58,181 nt of DNA from Chiloscyllium plagiosum. Lineage: Eukaryota. The notes below the pieces were generated by a model. That model made no database searches and was not told where the DNA came from. It was given only the letters and a program-made list of their open reading frames with translations. Shown here piece after piece: positions 38,436 to 50,964 of this stretch; position 1 is the first letter of the stretch, and every line of letters begins with the position of its first letter. The translations under genes were made by a program, and so were the position numbers. Location of the stretch: contig NC_057758.1 of the NCBI RefSeq assembly GCF_004010195.1, positions 7,809,510 to 7,867,690 on the forward strand. The letters run 5' to 3'.

Positions 38436-38554
38436 GTTTCTTCAGCGATTGTATGAGTTTGGGTGCAACTTGTAAAGAAATGCCCTGTGACAACAGTGAG
38501 ACTACTCTCAATGGGATATGTGCCGGGAACAAGTTATGCTGTTGGAAAGACTGA
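38436..38554 (+). CDS. beta-defensin-like peptide, terminal (mature-peptide) coding exon, copy B
   Basis: Acceptor ttttctgtttcccag|GT (phase 1). Open frame (G)FFSDCMSLGATCKEMPCDNSETTLNGICAGNKLCCWKD*. Cys spacing C-x6-C-x4-C-x10-C-x5-CC with GxC motif. Too short for the supplied ORF track. Shares PCD and GxC with copy A. Confidence 0.8.
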
Positions 38555-38964
38555 GAAAGGGAAAACCGAATGAATAACAGAGCGAGGCATGTCTGAGTTT
38601 CAACGCGTGCTGTCTGCCCATTCTGAACTTCGGGTACAGCTCAGTTATGTAGATATGATAATTTCTGACCCACCGTTTTCTGAAACAAGGGAATTAAACT
38701 AATGCATTGATCACTGGGTATTTTCTGTCTCTGATTACTCACTGGGATCAGGATGTGCTCATACTGACCAGGAGTTAGGGGACGTGAGTGGGGTGTCATT
38801 GGGGCAGGAATGCCAGAAAATGGAGGAAGCACATTGATATTTTGTAGCTTCTATCTAGTCACAATGCCAGTGTCATCGTGACGTGGCAAAATGCCCATTG
38901 CGCGGCCTGTTCAGCTCCAACTGGAAGCACAGGCTGGAGATAATCATTACGAGGTCTGGATGTA

Positions 38965-41900
38965 ACCAGTCCTATCAGAGATCAGTGTTTAGGCATCTAC
39001 GCACTGCTGGACAGTCAGTGCTGAGGCAGTCAGGACTTGCAGAGGGACAGTGCTGACGGAGCGGACTCTATCAGAGTGTCAGTGCTGAGGTAGCACAGCG
39101 CTGTCAAAAGGTCTTTGCTGAGGGATCACCGCACTGCCAGAAGGTAAGTGCTGAGGAAGAGGGCTCTATTAATGGGTCAGCGCAGACGGAGATGGTTCTG
39201 TCAGACATTCAGTGTTGAGGAAGACATCTCCCTTCGAGGCGCAGTGCTGGGGAAGAAGCCTCTGTCGGATGGTCAGTGCTGCGCATTACAGCACTGTCGG
39301 AGGAGCAGTGCTGAGGACGTGGGCTCAGTTAGAATGTCAGTGGTGAGGCAGAGGGTGCTGTTGGAGGGTCAGTGCTTATACGCAGTATATTGTTGGAAGG
39401 TTTGTTCTACAGAAGCACTGTACTGTCGGAGGGTTAGTGCTTTGTCAGTACTGCACTGTCGGCTGGTCAGTGCTGAGGAAGTGGGCATTGATGGAGGGAC
39501 ACTGTTGAGGGAGCAGCCAGTATTGGTTGGTCAGCGCTGTGAGTGGTTCAGCGCTGTGGTAATGTCACACTGCTGGAGGATCAACGCTGAGACTGTGGGC
39601 ACTGTTGGATGGCGAGTGCTGGTGGAGCCGGCACAGTTGGAGGGTCAGCACTGATGGAGCTCCACACTGCTGAGGGCCAGTGCTGACAGAGTGCCACACA
39701 GTCGGAGAGTCCGTGCGGAAGGAATGGAGACTGTCAGAACTTCAGTGCTGAGGGAGTGCAGCACTGTCGGAGGGACAGTGCTGGGTGAGTGCCGCATATT
39801 GAGAGGATCAGTGCTCAGGGTGCTTCGCACTGACGAAGTGTCGGTACTGAGGGACTGATTCAATGTTGGAGACTCAGTGTTAAAGGAGTGTTACACTGTC
39901 AGAGACACAATGCTGCGGGATCTCTGCACTGTCGGAGGGTCAGTGCAGAGGAAATGCCACTCTGTCGGAGGGTAAGTGCTGAAAGCGCAGGAACATTCCA
40001 AAGGTCAGTGTGGAGGAAGCCCGCACTGTCAGAGGGTCAGTGCGGAGGGAACCAGTAATTTCCGAGTGTCGCACTGTTGGATGGTCAGAGCTGAAGCGAA
40101 TATCCCACAGTCGTAAGCACAGTACTAAAGGAGCGCCGCTTTGTCAGATGTTCAGGGTTGTGGGAGTGCAGCATTGTCAGAGAGTCCATGCTGTGCGAGT
40201 GCCACACGGTCTACTACTCAGTTATGAGTGTTCTCTGCACTGTCGGAGAAACAGTGTTCAGGGACTAGGCACTTTCGGAGGGTTCATGCTGAGGGAGTGT
40301 GGCTCTCTCAAAAGGGACAGCCCGAAGGGGATGCCACACTGTCTACCGTCTATGGTGAGGGAGATCCGCAAGGTCAAAAGGTCAGTGCTGAGTGAGCACC
40401 GTACTGTTGAAGGGTCAGTGCTCAGGAGGTGTGGCACTGTTAGATGGTCAGCCTGATGGAATGCCACTCTGATGGAGGGTAAGTGTTCAAGGAATGCCGC
40501 ACTGTTGGAAAATCAGTGGTGAGGGAGTGCCGCATAGTTTGACGATCAGTGCTGAGGGCGATCCACACTGTCAGAGAGTCAGCGTTGACAGAGTCAGCGT
40601 TGTCGGAGGGTGACCACTGACGGATTGTCCTACAGTTGGAGGTTCAGTGCTGATTGAGCTCCACATTATTGGAGGGCCAGTGCTGAGGAGCGTCAGCACT
40701 CATAGAGGGTCAGTGCTGATGGCGTGCTACACTGCCAAAATGTGAGTGCTGAAGGAGCGCTGCACTGATGGTAGATTAGTGCAGAGAGAGTGCTGCACTG
40801 TCAGAGGGTCGTTGCTGAAGGAGTGCCGCACTGTTCGAGGGTCAGGACTGACAGAGTGACACATTGTCGAAGACTCAGCGGTGAGCGAGCCACACGCTAT
40901 CGGAGTTTCAGATTTGAGGGATCTCTGAACTATTGGAGCATACTTGCTGTCCGAGTTCCATACTGTCCGGGTGTCAGGGCTGGGTGAGTTTGGCACTGTC
41001 GCAAGGTCAGTGCTGAAGGACTGCTGCAGTGTTGGAGGCTTCGTGCTGTGGAAATGTCACACTGTTGATGTCGCAATGCTGAGAGAGCTCTTCACTTTCA
41101 GACTGCCAGTGCTGAGGGACAGCGGCACTGTCATAGGGTCAGTGCTGAGGAAGCACCGAATTATTGATGGGTCAGTGCAGGGCGAGCTCCACACTGTCGG
41201 AGCGTCAATGCTGAGGGAGTGCAGCACTGTTGTATGGTCAGTGTTGCGTGAGTTGGCACTCTTAAGCACTCAGTGGTGTGGTTGTGGTCTCTTTCGGACA
41301 TTCCGTGCAGAGAAAGTGGGCATTTTCAATGGGTCAGTCCTGAGGGACTGTCGCAGTCTCGGAGGTCAGTGCTGAGGGGGGTCCCACTGTTGGATGGTCA
41401 GTGTTGAGGAAATGTCTCTGCCAGAGTGTCAGTGCTGAGGGATTTCCACAATGCCGAAGAGGCAGTGCTGAGGGGACTCTGCACTATTGGAGGGTTTCTG
41501 CTGAAGGGTCTCCGCAACGTCAGAGATTCAGTACAGAGGGAGCACCGCACCATTGGAGGGTCAGTACTGGGGAAGGACAGGTCAGTGCTGAGAGAGTGCT
41601 GTACTTTCAGCGAATCAGTGCATGGGGACTGGGCACTGTTGGAGGGTCAGTGCTGAGAGTGTGTGCTATCAGTGCGTCATTGTTGCTGGGTTCCCATAAT
41701 GTAAGGGGAAGTGCTGATGGAGCTCTGCATTGTCAGACAGCCAGTGCAGAGGCAGGGTCCCACTATCAGAAGGTCGATGCTAAGGTAGTGTGGCATTGTT
41801 AGAGCATCATTGTTGATGAAATTCCTCACTCCTTGAGGTTCAGTGTCGAGGGAGCACCGCACGGTCGGAATCTCAGTGCTGAGGAACTCGGCACTGCCAG

Positions 41901-42050
41901 AAGTTCAACGCTGAGGCAGTGGGCACTATCGGAGGGTCACTGATGAGGGAATACGCACTGTCGGATGGTCAGCACTGAGGATGTAAGTACTATCAGAGGG
42001 TCAGTACTGTGGGACCTCCACAATATTGGAGGGTCTGTTCTCTGGGAGGT
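38965..42050 (+). repeat. diverged ~32-bp minisatellite (gcactgtcggagggtcagtgctgagggagtgc-like)
   Basis: Recurrent cagtgctgaggg...gcactgt units over ~3 kb; inverted copy at 32125-32774. Confidence 0.92.
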
Positions 42051-43084
42051 GGATGAAACTATTTAGTTCTTCACCACAGAGTGCTGATGATGCTGGGTTA
42101 TTCAATATCCTGAAGACTGAGAAAGAGAGTGGGACTCTTAAACAGTGAGGGAATTGTGGGTTTATGGGGGAAGACAGGGAAGGCGCAGGAGAGGTTTGTC
42201 AGATCAGCTGTGGTCCCATTAAATGGTGCAGCAGATGTGATGTGCTGAACCGCCTACTTCAGCTCCTGTCGTGAGAGATATTCTCTGGATCTCAGTCTAC
42301 CAGGAATGCGTGTTGCAATTTCACTCAGTGGTTAGCACTACTGCCTCGCAGCGCCAGGCACACAGTTTCGATTCCACCCTTTGGTGACTGTCAGTGTGGA
42401 ATCTGCACATTCTCCCTGTGTCAGCATTGGTTTCCTCCGGGTGCCGCTGTTTCCTCCCACAGTTCAATGATGTGCAGGCTCAGGTGGACTGGCTATCGGA
42501 AGTTTCTCCGCAATGTGACAGGGATGTGCAGGCTGGGTAGATTAGCGCTGCAAAAAATACAGGGCAGAATGCTGCTTACTGTGTCGGTGTGAACTCGATC
42601 GGCAGAATGGCCAAAAGACATAGGAGGAGAAGTGAGGCCATTCAGCCCATCAAGTCGTTCCACCATGCACTCGTTGCCGATAGGTTTATCTACCACATTC
42701 TCCACCTTTCTCCCCGTAATCCTTGTCCACCTTGATACTCGGAACCGAATTATAACTGTATAAAATATACTAAATGATCTGACCTTCACAAACGTCGATG
42801 GCAATGAATTCCTGAAATTCACAAATCTCTGGCTGAAAACAATTCTCATTATCTTCGTTATAAAAGGTCCCATCTTTACTCTACGGCTTCGTCCTCGGAT
42901 TCTGTTCTCTCCTAACAATGAAAACCTCTTCCCAACATCCACTCAATCAACGCTATTCNNNNNNNNNNNNNNNNNNNNNNNNNNNNNNNNNNNNNNNNNN
43001 NNNNNNNNNNNNNNNNNNNNNNNNNNNNNNNNNNNNNNNNNNNNNNNNNNNNNNNNNNNNNNNTGTTTCTTCCAAGGAAGGAGG

Positions 43085-43520
43085 GCACTCCAATCAACTT
43101 GTTGTCGTGCTGTTCGATTCAGAACACGTCAATACGTATCAGATTCGCTCTGCCGTCTCCAGGCTCCGAGGAGCTGACCAGAAGATGAAGAGAGTATTCC
43201 TCCTCCTCCTCCTTGAACTCCTGGCCCTGTCTCTGTCTGGGGCCGGCCTTTTGCCACGGAAGAATTTCTTCTACAAAGGTGAGTCACTACCGCGTGGGGG
43301 CATGTGGGTGGGAGGTTGTAGAAAGGCTGGCTCTCGGATTGAAAGGTCACTGCTGGCTTAAGCTGATTTCACACAGCCCCGCTGGGCCAAGGCGTCCTCC
43401 ATTCCCTGTCAGTCCACCCTCTGACAGTGCCTCCTCTTTGCTTGGCACTGTGGCTTTGTGGACCAGGGAAACAAACAAATAGACGCACAGCCAGAGAAAC
43501 ACATACACACACACACGTGC

Positions 43521-43563
<43 letters not shown>

Positions 43564-44460
43564 GAGAACCAGAATCATATGACCTAAGAGCAGGAGTTGG
43601 CCGCTTCCGTACCTCAGTATGCTGAAAGGTGATCCTCTCACGCAACGTCGATTTCCCATTTGCAACCCACACCCCTTGATTACTTTAAAACTACAAAATA
43701 TAATCTCTTTCTCTTGCGAATCAGCACAAGGCTCTGTGACACTCCAGTAGCCACCCACATATGCTGCCAGATTCTACCTTTCAGGCGCAACCCGTGTGAA
43801 GAGATAGAAAGCATTGAATTCGACATTCGCGTTGAAGCTGGAAAACATATCAAGTTGGAAACATAGGTTTGTGAGACGCTCTGTGGAGCAGGTTGAGAGG
43901 TTTGTTTTATGGGAGTGGTTGTAGACTCGAAATGCCTCGCATCCACACTCTGTGCGAAGCTAGAAATAAAGATGCAGAGTCAAAACCTTTTCATGGGTGT
44001 TTGTTTGCACAGACGAAAGTCTCAACTGCGCTTGCCCCCTGACCCTATTCGCTTCCACTCCCGGCTGTTCAGGTTTCACCATCGGTAATCCTGACGTGGT
44101 GCGCGTGAGGGCTGAGAGGAATCCGGGCTAATCCTCCACCTCGCTGGTTTCGTTCGCAGAGACTGGAGCCACATGTGATAAGTTGAGAGGCCTGTGCCGA
44201 GAGCAGACCTGCCGAGGGGACGAACTGAAGATCAGAGCCAAGTGCTACCGGGGTACCCATTGTTGCCGGGCGAAGGAGTTGGTGATGTTGGATCTGCTGA
44301 TGACCCAGACGCTCTCCATCTTCCATGTGTGACAGCGCAATTGCATTGGAAATGGTGGGAACGGAGAGATGGCAGTCCCAGCTCCCAACCCTTTCCTTGT
44401 TACACAGCTTAAATTGGCACGCACGACTTCGACAGCCTTATTACCCTGCCCTCTGTCATA
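43085..44460 (-). pseudogene. three Ig C1-set exon relics (right arm; paralogues of 29255-30975)
   Basis: Reverse complement of the left-arm relics; lacks the SINE and has a 33-bp deletion removing the VPQEWS motif. Confidence 0.4.
43504..43561. repeat. (CA)n microsatellite (paralogue (TG)n at ~30475-30530)
   Basis: Visible directly; length differs between the duplication arms. Confidence 0.95.
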
Positions 44461-45334
44461 CTGTCAATAAATATTGAGGACAGTGCCTGTCAATCGATCT
44501 CTCCTTCATTCTCGGTGTCTTTTTGAGGCATCCTGAATGCTCAGAGGTGGGGANNNNNNNNNNNNNNNNNNNNNNNNNNNNNNNNNNNNNNNNNNNNNNN
44601 NNNNNNNNNNNNNNNNNNNNNNNNNNNNNNNNNNNNNNNNNNNNNNNNNNNNNNNNNNNNNNNNNNNNNNNNNNNNNNNNNNNNNNNNNNNNNNNNNNNN
44701 NNNNNNNNNNNNNNNNNNNNNNNNNNNNNNNNNNNNNNNNNNNNNNNNNNNNNNNNNNNNNNNNNNNNNNNNNNNNNNNNNNNNNNNNNNNNNNNNNNNN
44801 NNNNNNNNNNNNNNNNNNNNNNNNNNNNNNNNNNNNNNNNNNNNNNNNNNNNNNNNNNNNNACAGACACAAACACCAAAACGCGCATGTATACATACACA
44901 AACATACACGTCTGCACACTCACGCACATCCCCTACACGCAAACAAACAAACTCACACCTCCACACCCAATGACGCATACCCACTCACTCACCTGCCCAC
45001 AACCACGCAACCAAACTCACACCACACAGACGTACAACACCAAACACCCATACAACACCGACACACATACCCACACACACCTTCTCTAACTGACACCCAT
45101 CCACCCACGCACGCACACACTCAGCTCCCGCAACACCCCCATGCATACAACACACAGCCATCCTCACACACCTACTAAACCCTCACCCACTCACACTCAC
45201 ACATACAACCCCACTAACGCAATCAGACACCCCCACACACCCACAGGAATCCACACAAACCGACACACATCCTTCCACACACACCCCACATGCCCACAGC
45301 CATTCTCTCTCACACACACCACAACTATACACAC

Positions 45335-45679
45335 CCACACAGTTGTAACCGTGGTGTTAAATTGATAGGAATCATCCCCCAAATGCTACATGTTCCAGGA
45401 AGATACAAGAGGACTAGGGATACATCAGTGCCGGCAGTCTATTTTGCTATTCGATTGAAAATGGTCCTCTCAATTATGTTTTCAAAATACTTAACACTCT
45501 GATTGATAGTTTTCTGTCTGGAAAGGATTCTTTTTTTTTTACAAATCCTGAAACTGCGATTTGCTAATGGTACGACAACACAATTCAACCATGTTCCACT
45601 TATAGTACAGGTTAGAAGGCTGATTGGACATCCCCGGGCCAATCAGTATTTTAGCAGACTCTTCAATCAGAGATGTAGC
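45335..45679 (-). pseudogene. Ig V-set exon relic with a J-like G strand in the same exon (VJ-type)
   Basis: ttccttttacag| acceptor; SLIEESAKILI / SLLTCTISGTWLN / (S)YH*Q for WYxQ / QSVKY / DVSLVLLYL / TCSIW / DDSYQFNTTVTTVWV across frames; no RSS recognised. Confidence 0.55.
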
Positions 45680-46046
45680 CTGTAAAAGGAAATTATGATA
45701 TCTTCTGTTGGTAACAAAGGTTTCCAGAGGCATCAACGTTGCAAGGATGAAGAGCAGTGTTTACCTCACCTTGCACAGTGCTCCTCGGACGAGCCTTTTA
45801 TATGAGATTTCTAATGATTCTATAATGTTATGGCCTACAGGGCCTCTGCAGATTGGGCTCCAACCGTGGTCATATGAATGGAATAGTCCACTTTTTTGCT
45901 TTCACCGACTGAGATCAGATTAATTCTGCATTGCTGCGAAATATTCAGCTCACCGTGTGACAAAAATTACAGATGCCAACACAATCTCTTATTTCTTACG
46001 TATTGGCCCATGCCAAGTGATGCAGTCACAGATCTCTCACTATTAC

Positions 46047-46113
46047 CTTGGCACCAGGAGGTACACAGTCAGCAGCAAAATGCACACAGCTCTTCCACTT
46101 AGTACAATTCGGA
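46047..46113 (-). pseudogene. signal-peptide (leader) exon relic
   Basis: IRIVLSGRAVCILLLTVYLLVP followed by an AG|gtaata donor, ~370 nt upstream of the V relic; no in-frame ATG nearby. Confidence 0.4.
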
Positions 46114-46654
46114 TGCTTGTGGTAGCTTTCCGTGTACAAATTGTTTGCCATGAACAGAGAAAGTGCTTTACAATTATTTTTGTTGCTCAGTAATCTGGGA
46201 TGTCATTGGCTTGTCTTAGATAACAGATCAAACTCGACATTCTGTTCCCCTTCCCTTTTCAAGGTTGTCTCTCTCTCCCTCTTTCCCTCTCTAACTCCTT
46301 CTCTCATATTCACATTCTCTTCATTTTCATCACCCTTTCATTCTCGATACTGTTTCTTTCCATTTCCGATCGTTCCCTTTCTCCATCACATTTCGCGATT
46401 CCCTCTATCCCCTCCTCTCACCAAATATGTAATATCTCATCTTCTATATTCACTGTCTTCCTTGATTTCTCAGTTTTTGTTCCTCCTTTCTTCACCTCCA
46501 TCTCCAATTTTCTCTCATGTTTTCACTCTGTACTCTGTGTGGGCTTTGCGTGTGAGCGTATACATATGTCTGTGTGACAATGTGTACGTGCATGCTGATT
46601 TTTCTTGCCATGAGGAACATAACGTTTCACAACAAGTAATAGATCGAACCTTGT

Positions 46655-47185
46655 GAGTGCAATTTGAGATAGAAAGGAGAGTGAGGGCTGCGATTGGATT
46701 TCCTGCATCAGTGCATTGAGTATAGCAGTTGGCAGATCATGTTATGGTCGTACAAGCCATTGTCTCGGACACTTCTGGAAGATGATTTGCGAATTCCGTT
46801 CTGCTTCTTATCGGAGGAATTTTGTGAGTCTGAATGGGATCAGGAAAAGATTTAGAGCAATGTTACGAGGATTGAGGTGTTTGAGGTAGAGGGCGAGTTT
46901 GAATCGGCTCGGGCTATTTTTCCTGGAGAGTCAGGAGCTGAGGGATGAGTTTAAAAAATTCTGTAAAATCAAATGAGGCACGGATAGGGTAAGTAGACAT
47001 TGCCCTTTCTCCAGAGTTGGGCGTCCAAACAAGCGAGTGTATGTTTAACGTGAGAGTAATAACATTTGAAATGGAGCTTTTTTCACATGGGGTTGGTGCA
47101 TGTTTGGAATGAGCTGCCAGAGGAAGATTTTTAACGAAGGGTCTGTTTCCATGCTGTATATCTCCATGACTCTGTGATTCTATGA
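46655..47185 (+). mobile_element. CR1-type LINE 3' fragment
   Basis: ggaatgagctgccagaggaag and the ctccatgactctgtgattctatg tail. Confidence 0.7.
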
Positions 47186-47439
47186 ACCCATGATATTGAA
47201 CACAGTATCTTATCAAGAGCGAATGAACAGTCAATATCCACCACTAATGCACTAAACCCGTAAAGAGACAATGAGCGTTGGTACATACTCAGCATCAGCT
47301 CGCACTTCTGAACTTCACTGAAGGGTGTCATATATAATGGTGGCTGAGAGCAGGACAATTTCACTTCAGGGATAAATATTTAACAAACCAGCAATGACTG
47401 CACATGAGTACTCTGCTGAAAACTGGCAGGGAACCTTTG

Positions 47440-48520
47440 CGTCACACAATTACCAGGAAACGGCCATCTTAATAAGACGCTGTAGAATCACTGCCTTTTG
47501 ATAGTCAATGGCGTTTCCATCACTGATTCCGCCCGCCCCCTTCAACCCATCTATCCATATCTTGGGGAATAGCATTGAGAGCAAATCGGCTGATTGTCTC
47601 GTGTCATTCAATGGTATCACCATCATCGAATTATCGAATTCCCTGATGATTAACATGCTGGTGGTTATCCTTCAACGAGCAGCTAATCATTGGCCTTTGA
47701 AGTTCAGTGATGTCACTGTCACTAAATGCTGCCCTCCCCACCACATCTTCGGGCTTTCCATTGAGAGGGTATTACCAGCATTGAATTCCCTCCAGATTAA
47801 AACCTGGGGGATACTTTTGACCAGAAATTGAACTGGAGTCAACAAATCAGTAGAGTCACTATAAGGGAATCTTGCAGCCATCAACTCGCTACCTGAATCA
47901 CTCCCTTAAGCCATTCAACCATCGAAGAAACATAAGCCAGGAAAGTAATGAAATACTCTCTGAATGTCTGAATGAGCGCAGCGCCAGCAATACTCCAGAG
48001 TGTCAACATTATCACAGATAAATCAGCCCGCCTGGCTGACACCACATTCCACAAGCTTTCTTCAAACCGAAAGGTGAAATTGCTGGATAGCTCTGCAGGT
48101 CTGGCACCAGGTGCGAGGCGAAAACAGAACGAATGTTCCTGGAACCAATCCGCAGGTATCCCTCCCGCCACCTTAACGGCACAGTACCAGTAATGCATAT
48201 CAACTCGAAAAAGGCATAAATTCTATAAATATCCTCAGGCAGCACTTTCCAAACAAATGACGACTTCCATCGAGAAGGACAAAGCAACCAATGTATGGGA
48301 ACACAACAACCTGCACGGTCCCCTCCAAGTCACTCGCTATCCTGACATGGGAATAAATCACCGTTTCTTCATGACTGCTGACTCAAAATTTGGAATTGCC
48401 TCTGTAATGGCACTGTGCACTCTACCTACAATACATGGAACATAACTTTTCACGAATGAACAAACGCTACCTTCTCAAGGGCAAATTAGGAATGGCGATA
48501 AATGCTAGATCCACAAGTGA
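47440..48520 (+). mobile_element. non-LTR retrotransposon 3' fragment of a second family
   Basis: Degenerate RT C-terminal relic (ILG...DQKLNW; IRKVMKYS), ending in aataaaataaa; related pieces at ~12230-12560 and ~52380-52930. Confidence 0.5.
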
Positions 48521-48529
48521 ATAAAATAA

Positions 48530-50305
48530 AGGAATCATTTTCAGAAGGGTAACTGTGTAGAGAATACCTCCCCTTAAAGATCAGCAAGGCGCCATTTGTG
48601 TGGAGCCGCAGAAGATGAAGGATACACTGTACTAGTATTTTGCATCAATGTTTCCTGTGGAAAAGGATATGGGAGATGTAGAATAGAGAAAAACGGAAGG
48701 CGTCATCTTGAAAAATGTCCATTTTCCAGAGGAGGAATAGCTGGATGTCTTGAAATGCATAAAAGTCGATAAATCCCCAAAACCTTGTGAGGTGCAACCT
48801 GGAAATCTGCAGGGAGCGAGGGAAGTGATTGCCGGGCCTCTTCATGAGATATTCATAGCATTAATCGTCACAGGTGCAGTGCCGGAAGACTGAAGTGTGG
48901 CTAATGCAATACCATTGTTCACAAAAGGTGGTAAGGACAAGCCAGGGAATTGTAGATCAGTGAGCTTGACGTCGAAGGTGGGCAAGTTGTTGGGGGGAAT
49001 CATGAGGGAGAGGATGCACAAGTACTTTGAAAAGCAAGGACTGATATTCAACATGACTTTAAGCGTGGAAACCATGTCACACAAACTTAATCGAGTCTTT
49101 TGAAAAAGTAACAAGGAGGATACATGAGGCCAGAGAGTTAGATATGATCTCTATGGACTTCAGTCAGGCGTTCAAGCAGGTTACACAATGGAGATTGGTT
49201 AGCAAGACTAAATCTTATGGAATAAAGGGATAAAGAGCTGTCTCAAATGTAGAAGAGAGAGGGTGTTCGTGGAAGGTGTTTTTTAAACTGGCGGCCTGTC
49301 ACTAGTGGTGTGCTACAGGAATCGGTGCTGCATCCGCTACTGTTCGTCATTTACATAAATGATTTGGATGGAAGCACAAGAGGCATAGTTAGTAAATTTG
49401 CAGATGACACCAAAATAGCAGATGTAGTGGACAGTGAATAAGGTTACCTCGGATTAAAACTGGATCAATATCAATGGGCCTATGTGCTGAAAAGTGGCAG
49501 GTGGAGTTTCACTGAGATAAATGTGAGGGGCTCCATTTTTGGAAAGCACATCTGAGCAGAATTTATACACTGAGTGCTAAGATGCTAGAGTGTGTTGCTG
49601 AGTAAAGAGAACTTGAAGTGGAGGTTCAAAGCTCCTTGAAAGTGGAGTCGCTGGTAGATAGGATGATGAAAAAGGTGTTTGGTGTGTTTTCATTTATTGT
49701 TCAGAGTATTGAATACAACAGTTGGGAGGTTATGTTGCGGCATTAAAGGACATTGGTGAGGCCTTTTCTGGAATATTGCTGTCAATTCTGGTCTCCCTCC
49801 TATGACGAGGAATTTGTGAAACTTGAAAGCGTTAAGAAAAGACGTACGAAGATGTTTCCCGGTTTGGAGGTTTTTGAACTATGGGGAGAGTTTGAATGGG
49901 CTGGAGCAGATTCTCTGGAATGTTGGAGGCATGTAAAAGTTTTTTTTTTTAAAATGAGGGGCATGGATATGGTAAATAGACAAAGTATTTTCCTTGGGGT
50001 GCGGGAGTCCAGAACCGGAGGGCATAGGTTGGGCTTGAAAAACGAAAGGTGTAAAAGAGTCCTAAGGCACAACATATTCACGCAGCTGGCGTACATGAAT
50101 GGAATGAGCTGTCAGAGGAAGTGGTGGTGGCTCATGCATTTGCAACATTTAAAAGGCATCTGAGTGGTTATATGTATAGGAAGGATTTCGATTGATATGG
50201 GTTGGGTGACGGCAGATGGGGCTAGATTGGATTGGGATATCTGATCAGCATGGAAGAGGTGGACTGAAGTGTCGGTTTCCATGTTTTACATCACTATGAC
50301 TCTAT
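48530..50305 (+). mobile_element. CR1-type LINE, 5'-truncated ORF2
   Basis: ANAIPLFTKGGKDKPGNCRSVSLTS; INDLD; FADDTK at ~49398; LVRPFLEYCCQFWSP; ctatgactctat tail. Confidence 0.9.
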
Positions 50306-50679
50306 TTAAGCATCTAAAGCATTTCGATACATCAGGGAAACAGAGAGAGGGAGATCTTGAGAGACAGCAAGTGGAAAAATCGGAAAAGAGAGAGAAAACC
50401 AACTCATGAAACTTCACGATAGAGAAAAAGAGATACAATGACAAAAAAAAAGATAGGAAAAGGATGTGGATGGGGGAAGAAAGGGGGGAGAGATTCAGGG
50501 ACAGTTCTGTGAGCAGATGTACAGATAGACATGGAGGGAGATAGCAATCGTTAGGGAGAGAAAGAGAGTTGCAAACAGATGGTGAATGAGTGATCAGGGA
50601 GTCCAGGAACAATGAGAAAACAGAGATAAAGGAAATGAAGGGTGACTTGGAGCAGCAATAAATTGTCGATGTGAGACTG

Positions 50680-50925
50680 TTGAAGCGGTGGAAGACATCA
50701 ATACACAGCAAGATCAAACAATCAACATTCGGTAGTGATGTGCGAAATCAGTACTGATGCCATTCTGTGTGTAAATGTTAAATGTCGGCTGAAAGAAATA
50801 AGAACAATCCGCAAAGGAGCAGGATGCACTCCGGTTGATGCAAATTGAACATACATCGTGAAGGTTGCCTCGTTTGGTTTGTTCTGAGAACCTTTGACGA
50901 TCTCTAACAGTCAGAATCTATAAGT
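50680..50925 (+). pseudogene. degenerate Ig C1-set domain relic
   Basis: Single frame SVVMCEISTDAILCVNVK(C for W)...PVDAN*TYIVK. Confidence 0.5.
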
Positions 50926-50964
50926 GGTATCTAATGGAGCAACCCTTTCCTGTAATTCCTTGCT

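Larger units (their letters stand above)
41404..44553 (-). repeat. right arm of the inverted segmental duplication
   Basis: ttgaggaaatgtct (41404) pairs with agacatttcctcaa (32774); gaggtgggga (44553) pairs with tccccacct (29162). Confidence 0.95.

Noticed and set aside
39148..41862. Several 130-170 aa ORFs and a CRISPR-like periodicity
   Set aside because: Diverged minisatellite with no unique spacers and no cas genes, in a eukaryotic context
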